Made by a program: the position numbers and the translations under genes. A stretch of DNA of 64,000 nucleotides from the human T2T-CHM13v2.0 reference genome, Homo sapiens: the NCBI RefSeq assembly GCF_009914755.1, contig NC_060947.1; one strand, given 5' to 3'. The notes beneath the pieces were generated by a model. The model searched no databases. It worked only from the letters and a program-made list of their open reading frames with translations, and was not told the origin of the DNA. Positions 41,140-61,373 of the stretch are shown in pieces; position 1 is the first letter of the stretch, and every line of letters begins with the position of its first letter.

Positions 41140-41915
41140 ATATAGAGACAACAGATGACCACAAGAAAAGATGATTCAACATCTTTAAGTCATTAGGGAA
41201 ATTCTAATTAAAATCACAATGAGATAGCGCTACACACCCACTAGGATGACTAAAATTAACAAGTGGCCATACTAAGTGTGACAAGGATATGGGATAATTG
41301 GAACTCTCATATACTGCTAGTGGGAATGTAGAATTATACAACCACTTTGGAAAATAATTTGGTCATTTTGTAAAAATTATTTACATAGGTGATTATCCAG
41401 AAATATAAAAGCATCTGCCCATGCAAAGATTTGTTCATGATTATTCTAATAGCAGCTTTATTTGAAATAGCCAAAAGTTAAAAGCAATCCAAATGTTTAT
41501 CAATGGCAAATGGATAAACAAACTCGTATATTCTTAAAATGAAATACTACTCAGTAATTAAATGTATTGAACTACTGATACATGCAAAAACATAAAAGAA
41601 TCTCAAAATGATTCTGCTGAGTGAAAGAAACAAGACAGAGTACATACTATATGATTCTATTTACATAAAATTTTAGAAAATGCAAACTATAGTGTCATAA
41701 AGCATATTAATTGTTACCTGCAAATGAAGGGGCAGGGAAGGTGGGAGGAAAAGACTATAAAAGGGCATGAAGAACATATTGGGTATGATGGATATGTTTA
41801 TTATCTTGATGATGGTGATGGCTTCATATATCAAAATTCATCAAATTGTATACTCAAAATGTGTATCATTTATTATATGTAAATTGCAACTCAACAGAAT
41901 TGTTAAAAATGTGGT
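41140..41915 (+). mobile_element. Ancient L1M(C/E) 3' end
   Basis: aatgagatagcgctacacacccactaggatgactaaaatt..., ctgagtgaaagaaacaagacag...; old-type 3'UTR. Confidence 0.7.
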
Positions 41916-41979
41916 TCATAATATTACCAAGCAGTTTGAACAGCTTATAAGTTAACATTTTTCTCTAATCACTATTAAC

Positions 41980-43140
41980 TTCTTTTTCAATGGATACATA
42001 AAGATGTACAATTTTAGGGTACATGTGATATTTTGATACATTCATATTATGTATAAAGATTAAATCAGGGTAATTGAGATATCCATCACCTTAAATATTC
42101 ACCTTTTCTTTATGCTAGGAATGTTCAAATTATTTTCTTCTAGCAATTTTGAAATGTATACTAGATTATTGACTATAGTCACCCTACTGATCTGTCGAAC
42201 ACTAGGCTTTATTTCTTCTGTCAATCACTGTATATTTGTACCCATTAATCATCTCTCTTTATCCCCCATTCCTTTCTACCCTTCCTGGCCACTGGTAACC
42301 ACCAATTTGCTCTCCATCTTCGTGAAATCCACCTTTTAACTTCCACATATGAATAAGAACATATAATACTAGTCCTTCTATGCTTATTTCACTTAACATA
42401 ATGACCTCCAGTTCCACCCATGGTGCTGCAAATGATAAGATTTCATTCTGTCTATGGCTGAATAATATTCCATTTTGTATATATACCACATTTTCTTTAA
42501 CCATTCATCCACTGATGGGCACTTAGGTTGATTCTGTATTTTGGCTATTGTGAATAGTGCTGCAATAAACATGGGAGTGCAGATACCTCTTTGACATACT
42601 AATTTCATTTCCTTTGGAGATATAACCAGTAGTGGAATTGTTGGATCATATGATAGCTCTATTTTACGTTTTCTGAGGAACCTCCATACTGTTTTCCATA
42701 GTGGCTATACTAATTTACATCCCCATCAACAGTCTATGAGGGTTCCTCTTTCTCCACATCCTCACCAGCATCCATTATTGCCTGTCTTTCAGAAAAAGGG
42801 CATTTTAACTGAGGTGAGATGATATCTCATTGTGGTTATGATTTGCATTTCACTGAGGATTAGTGATGTTGAGCAATTTTTCATATACCTGTTGGCCATT
42901 TGTATGTCTTCTTTTAAGAAATGTCTATCCAGATCTTTTGCCCATTTTGAAATCAAATTATTTGATTTTTGGTTTTGGTATCAGGGTAATGCTGACCTTA
43001 TAGAATGAGTTTAAGAGTACTCCCTTCTCTTCGGTTTTTTCAAAGAGTTTGAGTAGAATTGGTATTAGTTCTTCTTTAAATGTCTGGTAGAATTCACCAG
43101 TGAAGGCATCAAGTCTTGGGCTTTTCTTTGATGGGAGATA
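41980..43140 (-). mobile_element. L1MA antisense 3' end with internal deletion
   Basis: ORF 42393-42608 [35 protein letters not shown]; jump to upstream ORF2 sequence at ~42970. Confidence 0.85.
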
Positions 43141-44364
43141 TTTACTTCTTACTTAACATCTCTACTCTTCAGTTTTCTCATAAGTAAACTGCTTTCTTGT
43201 TTTAGCTATTCTCAAATCTAAGTATAAATTTAATTAATTGGCCACTAAGAAATGAAGTACTGATGACCTCTTAGAACTATTCACATAGTGATTATGTAGA
43301 ATTATATTAAATTACACGAATTTATGCCCTATAGACCGCATCCTTTATATGCACTGTCTTATTTTACAATAACACCAGTAAAAATATATTCCTTAAATTT
43401 AAACAATTTTATTCTTAACATCCTATCATCTGGGACTTTAGCAAGGGGTCACCTTGCCACTCCGGGCTGTTTGTTTTCTGTCTTTTTGGTCATCCTCATT
43501 TCTTTTCCCAGAAGTGATATCTGAGAGTCAAAAATGTTTGAAACAACCTAAACCATTTTCTCTTTTTTTTCCTTATTACCTGCTCTGAACATAAGCCTTA
43601 TTGCAAAAACTACTAATGAACAATTTTTTTATTCTACCTTCCTCTTATTGATTATTTCTCTCTTGCTACCACACTGGGTGGCTCTAGCCAAGGAGGTTTA
43701 CTATACTTTTTTTTCTTCTATAAAAAGGATTTTTGAATCCCAAATGGAATTTGAGCAGAGGTCCAAAAATGAATCTGGTGGCTCTTCGTATAATCCAATT
43801 TATAACAATTTAGTTAAATTTTGCCTAAACTTGTAAGCCAAGGAACCAATGGTCTTGGAATATTATATTGAAAATTTATGGTTCCACCATATACCAAAAT
43901 AGGAAATACAGAACACTTATAAAAACATATCTAGTCATATATATAAACTGGCCCCAGGCACTCACACAAACTCACATACACATTCCAGAGACAGAATGTC
44001 TTCTAATTTTATCAATGGACATGAATGTTTATAATTTTGTAGCTCAATTATTATCTTTTGGGAGGATTCATCACAAACAATTACTGTCCGTGACTTTTCC
44101 TTGATTTCAATTCAATTAACTTCCAACTGATTTACACACATTACAGAATTTCAAAGGCAGATTTCTTCATTTAGAAAACAAATCCCCACTTGATCAACGA
44201 GAAATATTATTAACATATTTTATACAGAAGTACTAACATTTAGAAAGACAAAATCATAGGCTAGTTATTTTACCATTTTTATATCTCTTGATCACTTTAG
44301 TTAAATATAATATATAGTCTTAACCCTAAATATGACTGAAGATCCTCAAGCCATTTTGGTCCTT

Positions 44365-44531
44365 CTTGCTAATCAAAGTTTGGTTCATGAACCAGCAGCA
44401 TAGGTATCATTTAGGAACTTCTTAAAAATGTAAAACCTCAGGCCCTACCATATTCTTACTTGAATTAAAATCTATATTTTAACAAAGACTTCCATGAGAT
44501 GTATATGTACATAAAAGTTTGAGAAGTACCT
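44365..44531. mobile_element. MER5A-like hAT MITE
   Basis: tcaaagtttggttcatgaaccagcagcat...aaaagtttgagaagtacc. Confidence 0.6.
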
Positions 44532-44737
44532 ATGGTAATATCTTTAGTCAAGTCTATTTCTTGTTTTCATCCAGGAGCCCATCTTATCTTTAAATGTGAT
44601 TTTCATACATCTGCTCTGATTTTGTAGTTATTCCTTTGATTACAATATTATTTTTCTTATATCCAAGTTCTCCTAGTTGCCTCACTTTTTCCACCATGTG
44701 TGTCTGAATGGAAATGGCTTATTTCCTGCTGATTTTT

Positions 44738-50884
<6,147 letters not shown>

Positions 50885-51494
50885 TCCTGCTGATTTTTCT
50901 CTCACTTCAAAATGTGTAAAGGCCGGAATATTATATACTTTCACCAGAAGTCATGGTATAGTCACAACTCAAATATTTGGGGAGATTGAAGTGATGGGCA
51001 TTTGGAGGATACATTGTAGTTGTACTAGAGATGCTGTTGCCATACTGAGTGTTTTGAAAATGAAAGAGTTATTGAGACATGCTGACCTACAAAAACAGAT
51101 TAATGTAGATTGAGTACTTTCCATGTGTCATGAACAATTCTAAGACAATTGCACACATTAATCCATGAATCTTAAAATGTATAATGCTGAGTTGTCAATG
51201 TTTCATAGAGGCATAGAGAGCTGAAAACAACTATCCTAACGCTGCATAACTAGTAAGTGGCAGGGACAATCCAAGTTGCCCAAGAACAGAGATCTATTTT
51301 TAAATACTGTGCTTTTCCTCTTACAACAGACAGATTTCCTATATCTAGTTTGTTCAGAAGTATGAAATAGCTTAACAATTACCAAGGCTATTAGTTTTCT
51401 CCCATTTCTCACCCTGTGTCAGGGAGAGGCTCTGTTAAGGAATCTTATGGTCACAAAATCTCATTACAAATTCAGTCATGTCATATAAAATCAA

Positions 51495-52375
51495 TTTTTT
51501 TAAACATTTTATTTTGAAATCATTGTAGATACACATTCAGTTGTAAGAATAATCCAGAGAAATCCAGTGTACCTTTTATCCAGTTTCTTCACAATGGTAT
51601 CAACGTGAAGAACTATGGTATAATATCACAACCAGTATATTGACATTGATATACTGCACTTATTTTATTACAGGTTTACTTACATTCTTATGTGTGTGTG
51701 TGTGTGTGTGTGTGTGTTTAGTTCCATGAAATTTTATCACGTGTAGGTTCATGTACCCACCACAGTCAAGATATAGAACAGTTCCATCAGCACAAGGATC
51801 CTTTGTGTTGCCCTTTATTTATTATTTATTTATTTATTTATTGAGATGGAGTCTCGCTCTGTCACCAGGCTGGAGTGCAGTGGCACAATCTCAGCTCACT
51901 GCAAGATGAGCCGAGCGGCTCACTGCACCTCCGCCTCCCAGGTTCAAGTGATTCTCCTGCCTCAGCCTCCCAAGTAGCTGGGACCACAGGCGCGCACCAC
52001 CACGCCTGGCTAATGTTTGTATTTTTAGTAGAGACAGGGTTTCACTATGTTGGCCAGGATGGTCTCGATCTCTTGACCTCATGATTCACCCACCTCGGCC
52101 TCCCAAGGTGCTGGGATTACAGGTGTGAGCCACCGTGCCCGGCCTGTGTTGCCCTTTTAAAACAATACCCACTTCCTTTCACAACACCTTTGTCCTTAAC
52201 CCTAGGAATATTATATAAATGGAGTCATACCTGTGATGAACATCTGTCTACAGGCTTTTATGTGAACATGAAGGTTTCATTTCTTTGGGATGAATGCCTA
52301 AGTGTTCAACTGCTGGGTTGTATGATAATTGCATATTTAGTTTTGTAAGAAATTTCCAAACTGTTTTCATGATCA
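51495..52375 (-). mobile_element. Old L1M antisense 3' end with (TG)n at 51691-51716, host to an AluSc
   Basis: tttattttgaaatcattgtagatacaca...gtaagaataatccagaga; continues after the Alu. Confidence 0.65.
51817..52144 (-). mobile_element. AluSc-like antisense
   Basis: Diagnostic gtcaccaggc and ggatggtctcgatctcttgacctc. TSD tgtgttgcccttt at 51804 and 52145. Confidence 0.93.
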
Positions 52376-54164
52376 TTTTTGAATACAAATTAATCAATCA
52401 AGTGCAGAAGAAATTGATTAGGGAAATGCCTGTAAGAAAAAATATAAAAGAAGCTGGGTAAGGCAAAAACAGATTCTTGCCCATTTAATCTTGTCTTAGC
52501 TTCCACTTATCTGAGGACTTGAATGAGTACATGAGTCATGCTTGCAGACACTGCCTCCACTGAGCCTATAGTTCAGCTGGGAAGTCAGCCTGAATGACAC
52601 TGTACATTACTGAAACTGAAGGCAGTTTGAGCAGAAAGGCTTTGGAGTCAGATATATCCTGTGCTATATCTTTTTGGTTTTGTGATCAGTGAGATAATCT
52701 ATGCTTCTAAACCGGTTTGAATCAGATGAGGAAAACAAAACCTACCTCAAAGGGTTATCATTAGACATTAGTGTTGGTATACTAGTCTCTCCATAAATGT
52801 TTACTGCTAGTACTATAGTGTACTACTCAGAATGTAGGATGAAAAATAATCAAGTACTGTCCATGCCATCCAGACAGCGCATACAAAAGACCAGTGTATT
52901 TAGTGCAAATTGGATGTTGACCTGAGGATGTGACAGTCTGACAACAGGGAAAACGTGGTGTCTGATAGCCTATGAGAGTATTAACTGGTAGCTAATTCTG
53001 TGAGAAATAACTGAGTTATTAACAATAATGACACTAAGAATCTTGAGAGCTAAATTTTATACAGTGCTCAATATGTGCCCAATACTCTTGAAAGCAATTT
53101 ATGTGCAATCCCATACGTAATCCTTACAACAATTTTATGATGTACAATTATCCTCATTATATAGGTGAAGAATATGAGGATCAGAGATTAAGTGACTTGC
53201 TCATGATCACAGAGATCCTAGCATGTAGCTTGACTCCAGTGCCTGACTTTGAAATGCCAAATTCAACAAACACTCTGTGAGATATTGACCTCCCTTAACA
53301 ATTCTGACCCTCATATTCTCCATCTCTGTAATGAGGAAGAAATAAGACATACCTCACCAGGAAGTTGTGAGGCTTAAATAAGGAAATATATGTAAAGTAC
53401 TGGCACTGTGTAGATATTCAATAAATGAAAAATATTACAATTATCAGTTGTGTTACATGACACTCCCATCTTGTGTCACATAGACACTCAGCAAATCCAG
53501 AGAAATCTTAGTGAAAGCTCAGGTAGGTTCCATTGGCTGTAAAACCACTGGGACTTCTTAGACAAGGCTTACAGTTCCCAAAGGAATTTTCCCCTCCTCC
53601 ACATGCTAAAGGCACCACCATGCTCTCAGTCAGCCTGAGTTCAGGCACACCACAAGCCAAAACAACCACAAGTTAAGTCTTTCCGTTTACAGGTAGATGG
53701 GAATGAGGTGTGTGGGAAGCTTACCCTAGAACAGCAGACAGGCTACCCAGAGAGGGAAGGTATAGAGGCCATACTGAGATTTGTGGGGCATTTTACCACC
53801 TCTATGAAACTCTGCCACTACTAGGGACTTTAGTTGTTCAAGGAGCTGGGGAACAAGATCCAAGGAGAGTCCTATCCCCATGATAAGAAGGGAATCTTGC
53901 TGCCTCATCTCTTCCGAGTTACCCCTTCACATGGCCATTTCTTATTGATCTTTTAGTGCCCAGCTTAGCCATTAATTCCTCTTCATAAATATCTCAAGTA
54001 CAACCGTCTCACAGAAGTCATATTATATTTACAAATCACTGATAACCACATGGCAAAGATAATCTTATTGGAAGTCTAAGAGTTCAAAAAGGCTAGGTTA
54101 TACTCATAAATCTTTCACTTTTTACTTCTGTGAACTTTAGGAGGTTCCTTTTCCTTATTCTTTT

Positions 54165-54420
54165 TAGTTGAAAAGAATTGTATTTTAGTAGCCTTTTCTG
54201 ATAATTGCAGGTATTCTTTTTGGATACTGCATCGAAACTTGAGAAGTGGTAGTTTCTTAAAAGTTAGTTACAATGTGTAATCAAACCATATCAATGAAAT
54301 TTTTATACCCTTAAATTCATTAGGCTATCTTGTACTTTGAATGTATTCTTTACCCATGCATGATCTTGTAACCTCATGATTGATTATTTGGAAAAGGTTA
54401 GTTCACTGAATTATACAAAT
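54165..54420. mobile_element. Charlie1-like hAT fragment
   Basis: ataattgcaggtattctttttggatactgcatcgaaacttgagaagtggtagtttcttaaaagttag resembles Charlie1 as recalled. Confidence 0.55.
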
Positions 54421-54984
54421 CTAACTTAGGAAGATTTCTAAACCTCTCTGAGCTTCATTTTCTGCAAAATAGGAAAATAATGACTTGTAACAAATTAGAT
54501 AAGCAATAAGTAATTACAAATATAAACAAAACCTGCAAAGGATTAGTAGTCCTATGAACAGAATTAAGCCAGAATAAGCAGATAAGTGAGTGTCCCCAGT
54601 GAGAGGAGAGGCAGTGAAGGTGAGAAGGAGCAGTGTGGGTTTCAGGGAACCTGACATGATTTAGTATGGCTACAGAAAGAATGAGATATGGAGTATGGTG
54701 TCATGGTGAGAAATAAGGAAATATAATCCACTGGTCTGACCACCTGGAATGGATAGAGAGGTAGGAGATGGGAGCTAGATAGAGAGGTGAAGGAAGAGTT
54801 GGGAGATATATAGAGAGGTGAAGGAAGGGGGTCCATTTAGGGAGACTTCCAAGTTGCTAGCTTGACTAGGGAAAGGAAAAGATTAATGGAGAAGAAACAA
54901 TGGGTATTGTCTGATGAGTCAATCAAAAGAGGAAAGAGGATCAAACTAGGAGTCAGCACACCTGTCATCCTTTTTATTGTATTT

Positions 54985-54988
54985 TATT

Positions 54989-55031
<43 letters not shown>

Positions 55032-55033
55032 TT
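54985..55033. repeat. (TTTA)n microsatellite
   Basis: Direct reading. Confidence 0.95.
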
Positions 55034-55774
55034 TTGCTATCTTCTCCTGAATGTGTGACTTGAATTACGAGAGAGCTGAGATTTCCATTATATTGCAGGA
55101 AAATGGGACAAAAACACCTCAGGTGAGGAACAGAAATTTGTTGTTCAAACCACAGAACTATGTATAGTCATGAGGATAGCTCCATTTAATGATCTCCCAC
55201 TCTAATAACAGAACAAAAATATAGTAAATACTTACTGAGTGCTTTTTCTGTGATAGGCACTATATTGGGTACTTTCTGTGCTTGGCATCATTTAATCCCT
55301 ACAAGAAGGTGTCCCTCTCATTGAGGTTAGCTTTTATGTTTCAAAAGGACTTAAAAACCTAAGGGCCAGATAGAAACCAAGTTTCTATGTTGGTTATACA
55401 AGGCAATGTGCCATGGGATCATAAGAAGATTACTGGACTTAGGATCTAGATGGAACCATCAGGAGATATGTTCAAAACAGCAGATAGGGTAACACTAACC
55501 GAAGGAAAAGAACTCAGGGAAAGTTGCTAAGGCATTATTACAGCAGGGACCACTACCATGCAGCCCCATGGTCTTCAGTATCAACTAGCCCTGGGTTTGC
55601 ATCTTTGATCTGAGTAGTAGCCATATGATGACAGGAAAGTTCATCAATTTTTCTGAGACTCAGTTTTCCCAATTTTAAAAATAAGAATTGTAGCACTTAC
55701 GTTGAAAGCTTGTTGAGATTAATAAATAAATGAGAAAACATGAAGTACTAATTACCTTATAAGTGGATTGTGAG

Positions 55775-55778
55775 TGTA

Positions 55779-55822
<44 letters not shown>
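55775..55822. repeat. (TA)n microsatellite
   Basis: Direct reading. Confidence 0.95.
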
Positions 55823-55823
<1 letters not shown>

Positions 55824-55949
55824 AATTTGCAAAGTAAAAACCATAATTTTAAAGAAATTTATTTCTACAAACATCCATAATTCTGGTCCTGCGTTTTCAG
55901 GTGTGATATCATTTTCTTACAAAATAAATTTAGTTAAAAAGCAAAAGGT

Positions 55950-58085
55950 GTAAAAAATGGCAGACTAGGAAGCTCTAAGCCCTCATACTCCCACAAAAAC
56001 ACCCAAAAAAACCCCTAAATTTGTAGGAGCTCTTGAAAACAGTGAAAGATTTACAGCTACCAAGCTAACATCAAATTAAGAAAAAAACATTTTTGAAAGG
56101 ATAGAAATGTCTTTTGGTACTTTTCACCCCTGCTCCATCCCCTCTTCAGTATGGCAGTGGTCTTACCTTAAGCAGGCAGCACCCTGGTTCCCAGTTACAC
56201 CCCCACTTAAAAGGAGGGAATAGGGCATGTCTTATTTGCAAATTGTATGTGTGTGTGTTCACATCTGTCTGGGAGATATCTGAAGCACTGATGCAAGGCA
56301 CTCATGTGTTTTGACCCTCTTGGAATTAACATCAGTCCTTCTCAAGCTCTTCCATAAAGCTGAAGAGAAAGAAACACTTCCTAACTCATTCTATGAGGCT
56401 GATACAAATAGAGACAAAGACACAACAAGGAAAGAAAACTACAAACTAATATCTCTTATAAATTGTCTTAGTCCATTTAGTATTGCTATAAGGGAACACC
56501 TGAGGCTTGGTAATTTATAAAGAAAAGAAGTTTATTTGGCTCACAGTTCTGCAGGCTATACAAGAAGCATGGAACCAGCATCTAGTTTTGGTGAGGGCTG
56601 CAGATTGCTTCCACTCATGGTGGAAGGCCAAGGGGAACCAGCATATACAGAGATCACATGGCAAGAGAGGGAAAAAGAGAGAAGGGAGGAAGGTGCCAGC
56701 CTCTTTTAACAACCAGCTCTCATGAGAAATACAAGAGTGAGAACTCACTCACCCCGACCCCAACCAAGAGCATTAATCTGTTCATGAGGGATCCGCCTTC
56801 ATGACCCAAGCACCTCCTATTAGGTCCCACCTCCAAAATTGGGGATCAAATTTCAACATGAGGTTTGGAGGGATAAACATACAGAAATTCTCAAAAAAAA
56901 CACTAGTAAACCAATTTCAGCAGCTTGTTAAAAGGATTATACACTGTGACCATGTGGGATTTGTTCCCAGAATAAAAGGATGGTTGAACATACAAAAATA
57001 TATTAATGTAATATACCACATTAATAGCATGAAGAAATGGAACCACATGATCATCTGAATTAATACAGAAAAAAAGCATTTGAAAAACATTCAACACTCT
57101 TTCATGATAAAAACACTCAACACCCTTTCATGATAAAAACACTCAATAAACTGGAAATAGAAGGAGACCTCCTCAACAAGGTAAAGACTATTTGTGAAAA
57201 GCCCACAGCTAACATCACATTCAATGGTGAAAGACTGAAAGCTCTTCCTTTAAGATAGGAACAAGATAAGAACGCCTGGTTAATCCACCTCTATTCAACA
57301 TAGTACTGGAAATTCTAGCTACAGCAATTAGGTAAGACAAACAAAAACAATTCAAATTTGAAAGGAAGAAGTAAAATTATCTCCCTGCATAGAAAACACA
57401 ATATTATGTGTTAAAAACCCTGAAGATTCCACAAAATAAGATTCCAACTAATAAACCAATACAACAAAGTTGGAGCATACAAAAATCATTTACATTTCCA
57501 TAGACTAACAATGGGAAAAAATAAAGAAATCAAGAAAACACTTCAATTTACAATAACATCAAAAAGAGTAAAATGCTTAAGAACAAATTTAACTGAGGAG
57601 TCAAAAGACATACACAGGAGCAGAGTAAGAATAGAAGCCTCCACTGATCATTCCTCCCTTCCACAGGAACACCAAATTTTAACAAGCAACTATACACACA
57701 AAAAAAGCACCATTATAAGAACCAAAAATAAGGTGAGCAATCACAGTACCTGATTTTAACTTCACATCACTGAAAGAGGCACTGAAGAGGGTAAGGAAGA
57801 CAATCTTGAATTGCTTATGCCACCCCTCCCCCATCCCCCAGCAGGAGCCATTTCACATGGAGAGAGAATCTGTGCACTTGGAGGAGGGACAGCACAGCAA
57901 CTGGGGGACTTGATATTGAACTCAGTGCTGCCCTGTCACAGTGGAGAGCAAAGCTGTGCTGAGCTCAGCTGGCATCCACCCATGAAGGGAGCATTTGGAC
58001 CACCCTAGCCAGAGAGGGGAATCGCCCATCCCAGTGGTGGGAACTTGAGTTTCTCAGCAAGCCTTGCCACTGCAGGCTAAAGTCA
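55950..58085 (+). mobile_element. Old L1M fragments (5'UTR pieces and ORF2), interrupted by an MST LTR
   Basis: ORF2 remnants ([21 protein letters not shown]; IIHCDHVGFVPRIKGWLNIQK). L1M 5'-end-like sequence at ~55955 and ~57617. 26-bp tandem duplication at ~57091-57146. Confidence 0.7.
56464..56880 (-). mobile_element. MSTB-like solo LTR
   Basis: tgtcttagtccatttagtattgctataagggaacacctgaggcttggtaatttataaag...ggtttggaggg. Confidence 0.8.
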
Positions 58086-60297
58086 GAGTCCTCATGAATG
58101 GGATTAGTGCCCTTATAAAAGAGGCCCCAGAGAGATGTGTTTCCTCTTCCACCATGTGAAGACACAGTGAGAAGGCTGTATTTATGAACCAGTAAATGGG
58201 CCCTCACCAGACACTAAATCTGGCAGCATCTTAATCTTGGAATTTCCAGCTTCCAGAACTGTGAGACGTTGATATCTATTGTTTATAAGCTTCCTGGTTT
58301 ATGGCATTTTGTTATAGCAGAATTAAAATATGGACTAAGACAAAAAATGGTACCAAGAAATGGAGGTGCTGCTCTAACAAGTACTTAAAATATGGAAGCA
58401 CCTTCAGAACTGGGTAACAGGTAGAGACTGGAAAATTTTTGAGGTAGATGCTAGGAAAAGCCTACATTGCCATAAAAGGGCCTTAAATGGTGACGCTGGT
58501 GAGGTCTCTGAAGAATAGGAGAGCTGTAGAGAAAGCCTCAGTCTTCTTAGAGAATATCTAAGTGGTCGTGAACAAAATGTTGGTCGAAATATGGATGGTA
58601 AAGGCCATTCTGATGAGACTCAGATGGAAATGAGTAACATACTGTTGGAAACTGAAGGAAAGGTGATCCTTGTTATAAAGGGGGGAAGGATGTGGCTAAA
58701 TTTTATTCCTGTCCTAGTGTTTGTTAGAAAGTAGACCTTACAAGCAATGAAATAGAATATTTGGCTGATGAAATTTCTGAGTTAAGTATTGGTGGTTTGG
58801 TATGTCTTCTCTTGAATGCTTGAACATCATGAGAACATCAATGTGTGTGGCCAACCAACTATTTGATAAGGAGATTAGTATGGATCAGCCTGGTGCTATT
58901 CATCAAGATAATGGAAGAATGACCCCAAAGGCATTTCAGAGATGTGCTGGCCCTCCCTTCACAGGCCCATAGTTCTAGGGCCTTGCAGGCAGTAAGATTT
59001 TGAAGAAGGAGCTGAGGCATCCATGGGCCTTAGTGCTTGCTGCCCAACACTGCCTCAAGGATCTGCTCTCTGCATTCTGGCTCAGTGCACCTTGGTCATC
59101 CCAGGTGTGGCTCCAGTGGATCCAGGTACAGTATGGGCTACAGTGGCCACTCCTCCAGAGGGCATAGGCAGTAACTCCTGGTGGCACCCACTTGGTGCCA
59201 TCTTTGCTGGCATACAGTATAATTGAGCTGTGGGGGTATGATTGCCTGCAAATGGATTTCAAAGGATGGAGCCACCTGGAAGTTAGAGCATACAACCCAG
59301 GCAGAAGGCTGCTGTGAGGTCAGGGCCACTGCAGACAGTCCCCACCAGGACAATGCCTAGTGGAGTTGAGGAGGTGAGGCCCCCACTCTGATCTCAGACT
59401 AGTAGAGCTACCAGCTTGTGATTACAGCCTGGGAGAGCTGCAGGCACCCTACTCTAACCTGTGAGAGCTGCAGTGTAGGCTACACATTGCAAAGCTGTGG
59501 GGGTGGGGCTGCTCAAACTCCTGGGGGCAGGGATGCCCTGAACATTGAAGGCCCAATTCATGCCAGCAAGTCTGTGGAGGTGGGACCCCCAACCCAGTGG
59601 GCCTGGAGGACAGACCCTCAAGTCAAAGATAGAGTACTAAGGTTTTAGACTTACTTGGGGTTCATTAGCTCTTTGTTTTTCCTATTTCTCCCTTTTACAA
59701 TAGGAATATCTATCCCATGCCTATCCTACGATTGTATTTTGGAAGCACATAACTTGTTTGATTTTATAGGCTGACAGCTGGAGAGCAATTTGCCTTGGGA
59801 TTAATTGAACCTTTAATCTCACCCATATCTGATTTAGACAATATTTAGGAAAGATTTTGGATATTTTGAGTTGTTACTGGAATGAGTTAAGACTTTGGGA
59901 GCTATTGAGGTGTAATGAATGTATTTTACATGTGAGAATGACATGAATTTGGCAGGGACAGGGATTGAATGCTATGATCTCAATGTTTGTATTTTCCCAA
60001 AATTCATATGTTCAAAACCTAATCACCAATGTGATATTAGAAGATGGGGCTGTTGGGAGGTGATTAGCCCTCATTAGTGGGATTTGTAACCTAATAAAAG
60101 AGCTCCCAGAAGGTTGTCTTGCCCCTTTGCCATGTGAGAGCATAGCAAGATGGTTGTGTCCACCAGGTAGCAGGCCCTCACTAGACACTGAATCTGTCTG
60201 TGCCTTGCTCTTGAACTTTGCAGCCTCCAGAACTGTGAGAAATAATTTTTTGTTGTTTATAATATGCCTGTTATTGCATCCTGAGCATACTAAGACA
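58086..60297 (+). mobile_element. MLT1A-like MaLR: truncated 5' LTR (to 58342), internal region, 3' LTR (59970-60297)
   Basis: Both LTR copies carry ggccctcac(c/t)agacact(a/g)aatctg...ccagaactgtgaga and end ctaagaca; MaLR internal sequence between them. Confidence 0.8.
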
Positions 60298-61334
60298 ATT
60301 ACTAAAATATATGCCAATGTTTTATACTTTGATAAGACAAAAAGTAATATACCAACAAAACCACAACTTGGTAAGAAGAGAGAAAGAAGAAAGCATAAGT
60401 ATGCTACTTAACTTATTTTTCACAAAGAATACATGGACACCATCAAAAGTTGAAATGCACCTTTAAGAATGAAAAACATCAGCCTTTTATTGTTTTTCTA
60501 CTTTAAAGGGACTTTTTTAGAAACTAAAATATAATATTTTGAGGAAAAGAAAGAAGCCATACCTTTATGTCCAAACAATAAAAATCTTTCTGTATAAAGA
60601 ATCACATAAATTTGGATAATATTTTATCTTTCTGCATAATTTAGAATATGAAAGTACATAATTGCTTTCAAAAAGTTACCCATTTTATACTCTTCTTATT
60701 CCTTTGACAGCATCAATTTAATTTTTGTTAAGTATCACATGCACTTTAGTTATATTTATATGTGGCAAAATTATTATTTTAAAAATAAGAGCACCAAAGC
60801 TATGGCATTCAATTTTGCCAGTGATTGTATTTTTTTATAAAAGCTTAATTTGTGGAATAACAATGTTTAAATCACATTAAATATCCACTTTAAACTTATT
60901 ACTGGCCTGTAGAATATTTTTACACAGTTTAAGAGCTGTATGTAGAATGATATCTCTGTGCTTACTTTCTTCACATATTAGGCTTTTCCTCAAACTTTTT
61001 GGAGAACAAGAAGTTCCAGAAGAGGATGCTAGACTTTACACAGCAAAACTCCAAATTTCTTAACACAGAATACATTACAGTGATCCAAAAAATTAGCTGT
61101 TATGATATTTATGATTATCAATGATATTTAGAAAATATTATATTGTCTAGGTATTCCTAACAATTAGGAATTATATTTTGATTCCAATACTCTGTTCAAA
61201 AAGTGGCTTTCCCTTTACCTAATTTCTGACATGGCTGGGCGAAGATGGAGTTCCAGAAAAAGAGACCTATATATTTTAGATGAGATTTCTGATTTCAAGC
61301 AAGTATCAAGACAAATGTTAATGGTTCTTAATTT

Positions 61335-61373
61335 GATGAGATTGGGCATGTTCAGGGTGGTACAGCCCTTGAC
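61335..61373 (-). pseudogene. Tailless 5S rRNA retropseudogene (5' 39 nt)
   Basis: gatgagattgggcatgttcagggtggtacagcccttgac is the reverse complement of 5S nt 1-39 (GTCTACGGCCATACCACCCTGAACGCGCCCGATCTCGTC), mostly CpG decay. Flanked by direct repeat ggttcttaattt(gat) at 61323 and 61377. Confidence 0.85.

Noticed and set aside
60975-61270. Two short segments sharing gagttccagaa/aagttccagaa as paralogous exons
   Set aside because: Similarity is only ~10-12 bp and no protein is recognisable; compatible with chance.
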